32,000 bases of DNA. Origin: Cupriavidus necator. Its GTDB lineage: Bacteria; Pseudomonadota; Gammaproteobacteria; Burkholderiales; Burkholderiaceae. Below, piece by piece: positions 29,278 through 32,000 of the stretch; position 1 is the first letter of the stretch; every line of letters begins with the position of its first letter. Under the pieces are notes generated by a model. It worked only from the letters and a program-made list of their open reading frames with translations. It searched no databases and was not told the origin of the DNA. The stretch spans positions 1 through 32,000 of the forward strand of contig NZ_CP066020.1 in NCBI RefSeq assembly GCF_016127575.1. Reading direction: 5' to 3'. Both the position numbers and the translations under genes were made by a program.

Positions 29278-29937
29278 GGGATTCGGCAAGTCGGGGATCC
29301 TGGTAGATGGCGTCGGCCTGCGCATGTGTCATGGCGCCGGTGGCGAGATAAGCATCCGGCACCACGGCAGTTGGGCTTGCGGGCTGGTCTGCAGTAGCTG
29401 CGTGGCATTGCTCGGACGACAGACCCGCTCCTGCCGCGCATGCAGCAGGGGTACAGGAAGGCTGCGAGCAGCGCCGGCTCATTGCCTTTCCGTTGGGCGG
29501 GGCGAGACGCCGGGGGCGGGGGCTCATCCGAGTTCAACGCCGATCACTGAACTTCCTTCTGATGCATTCAAGCGAAAACCCAGTGAGCATCTGGCGTCGG
29601 CTAGCGCCAGGCGACGGTCCACTTCATGACGGATGAAATATTGTCAAATCAGGATCCGGTGTCCTGCGTTGTAGGTTCGCCGAATAGGGCGCTGTCGGGC
29701 GGACGCACGAACCTGCGTCACAGATGCTCATACATGCCTTCTCGGTATCAATCTTTTTCTAAACAAGCCATCCAACTCAGGATGGTAGCGGGGGTTTTCC
29801 CCAGGTCTTCGGATTCAGGCATAGATCTTGTTTCAACTATGTCGCCAAGCCAGCATTCGTGCGCGAGGGCGGTATCGCTCCCCGGTTGGCGCATCGCGAC
29901 GAATGCCAATACCAATACAGAAATTAGGAGACAGGTT

Positions 29938-31020
29938 ATGGTCGAAACATTTTATGAAGTCATGCGCAGGCAGGGCATTTCGCGACGAAGTTTCCTGAAG
30001 TACTGTTCCCTGACAGCCACATCCTTAGGACTGGGACCTTCCTTTCTGCCGCAGATCGCGCACGCGATGGAAACCAAGCCGCGTACACCAGTACTTTGGC
30101 TGCACGGTCTCGAATGTACCTGTTGCTCGGAATCGTTCATTCGCTCGGCCCATCCGCTGGCAAAGGACGTCGTGCTATCGATGATCTCACTGGACTATGA
30201 CGACACACTGATGGCGGCTGCCGGCCACCAGGCCGAGGCCATCCTCGAGGAGATCATGACGAAGTACAAGGGCAACTATATTCTGGCGGTGGAGGGGAAT
30301 CCGCCACTCAATCAGGATGGCATGAGCTGCATCATCGGTGGGCGGCCATTCATTGAGCAGCTCAAATACGTGGCCAAGGATGCCAAGGCCATTATCTCCT
30401 GGGGTTCCTGCGCATCCTGGGGATGCGTGCAGGCAGCCAAACCTAATCCCACTCAGGCCACACCGGTTCACAAGGTGATCACCGACAAGCCGATTATCAA
30501 GGTCACGGGGTGCCCTCCGATTGCCGAAGTGATGACGGGTGTCATTACCTACATGCTCACCTTCGATCGTATTCCCGAACTGGATCGACAGGGTCGGCCG
30601 AAGATGTTCTATAGCCAGCGCATCCACGACAAATGCTACCGGCGTCCACACTTCGATGCCGGCCAGTTCGTCGAGGAATGGGACGACGAATCAGCCCGCA
30701 AAGGCTTCTGCTTATACAAGATGGGCTGTAAAGGCCCGACCACGTACAACGCCTGCTCCACCACGCGCTGGAACGAGGGGACGAGTTTCCCCATTCAGTC
30801 GGGCCACGGTTGCATTGGTTGCTCCGAGGATGGCTTTTGGGACAAAGGCTCATTCTACGATCGTCTGACCGGCATCAGCCAGTTCGGCGTTGAGGCCAAC
30901 GCCGACAAGATTGGCGGAACGGCCTCCGTCGTGGTGGGGGCGGCCGTGACGGCGCATGCCGCAGCGTCTGCGATCAAGCGTGCGTCGAAGAAGAACGAAA
31001 CCAGCGGCAGTGAACACTAA
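29938..31020 (+). CDS. hoxK: Membrane-bound [NiFe] hydrogenase small subunit (Tat signal, C-terminal anchor)
   Basis: An AGGAGA Shine-Dalgarno precedes the ATG at 29938. [27 protein letters not shown]... carries the twin-arginine motif, and [15 protein letters not shown] is an Fe-S ligand block. The product is 360 aa. The 464-aa track ORF is an upstream extension. Confidence 0.95.
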   Translation: MVETFYEVMRRQGISRRSFLKYCSLTATSLGLGPSFLPQIAHAMETKPRTPVLWLHGLECTCCSESFIRSAHPLAKDVVLSMISLDYDDTLMAAAGHQAEAILEEIMTKYKGNYILAVEGNPPLNQDGMSCIIGGRPFIEQLKYVAKDAKAIISWGSCASWGCVQAAKPNPTQATPVHKVITDKPIIKVTGCPPIAEVMTGVITYMLTFDRIPELDRQGRPKMFYSQRIHDKCYRRPHFDAGQFVEEWDDESARKGFCLYKMGCKGPTTYNACSTTRWNEGTSFPIQSGHGCIGCSEDGFWDKGSFYDRLTGISQFGVEANADKIGGTASVVVGAAVTAHAAASAIKRASKKNETSGSEH

Positions 31021-31058
31021 GCCGCCGGGGAAACGACTGAATCAGGAAGATCGAAATA

Positions 31059-32000
<942 letters not shown>

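Noticed and set aside
29162-29527. 121-aa minus-strand ORF downstream of and overlapping the cbbR' 3' end, with a vaguely lipobox-like PAAC.
   Set aside because: There is no hydrophobic signal peptide and no Shine-Dalgarno. It runs antisense into cbbR' and has a GC-rich, low-complexity composition.
29883-29900. Sigma54 -24/-12 promoter call immediately upstream of hoxK (CGGTTGG-N4-TCGCG). A second candidate is TGGCGT-N4-TAGC at about 29591.
   Set aside because: Only the GG/GC dinucleotides, or a spacing that is off by one, match TGGCAC-N5-TTGCW. This is too weak to annotate without transcript mapping.

Overview
This window closely resembles the lithoautotrophy region of a Cupriavidus necator (Ralstonia eutropha) H16 pHG1-type megaplasmid; that identification rests on gene order and protein sequences recalled from memory, not on a search. 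It has three blocks. (1) 1-3.9 kb holds two Bug/TctC-type binding-protein genes and a catB-catC operon. The divergent LysR activator of that operon is cut off after about 57 codons. (2) 3.9-15.1 kb is a graveyard of mobile elements. It contains a compact tniA-tniB-tniQ transposon, two diverged direct copies of the 3' end of an ISKra4-like transposase gene, and the C-terminal third of a Tn3-family tnpA followed by two ATGA-coupled unknown ORFs. It also contains an intact IS1111/IS110-type element, an IS630-family element, a stranded type-II NADH dehydrogenase gene and a small orphan ORF pair. (3) 15.5-28.2 kb, minus strand, is the complete Calvin-cycle operon cbbLSXYEFPTZGKA with its promoter/operator. 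The divergent cbbR is a multiply damaged pseudogene, and it is followed by hoxK and the 5' part of hoxG (membrane-bound [NiFe] hydrogenase). No tRNA, rRNA or CRISPR array was seen. The most interesting observation is in the 280-nt non-coding tail of the IS1111-like element. It appears to form two tandem internal-loop modules whose loop strands match both insertion flanks and both IS ends, which is the logic of a bridge/seek RNA. All structures and matches were found by eye and need computational confirmation.
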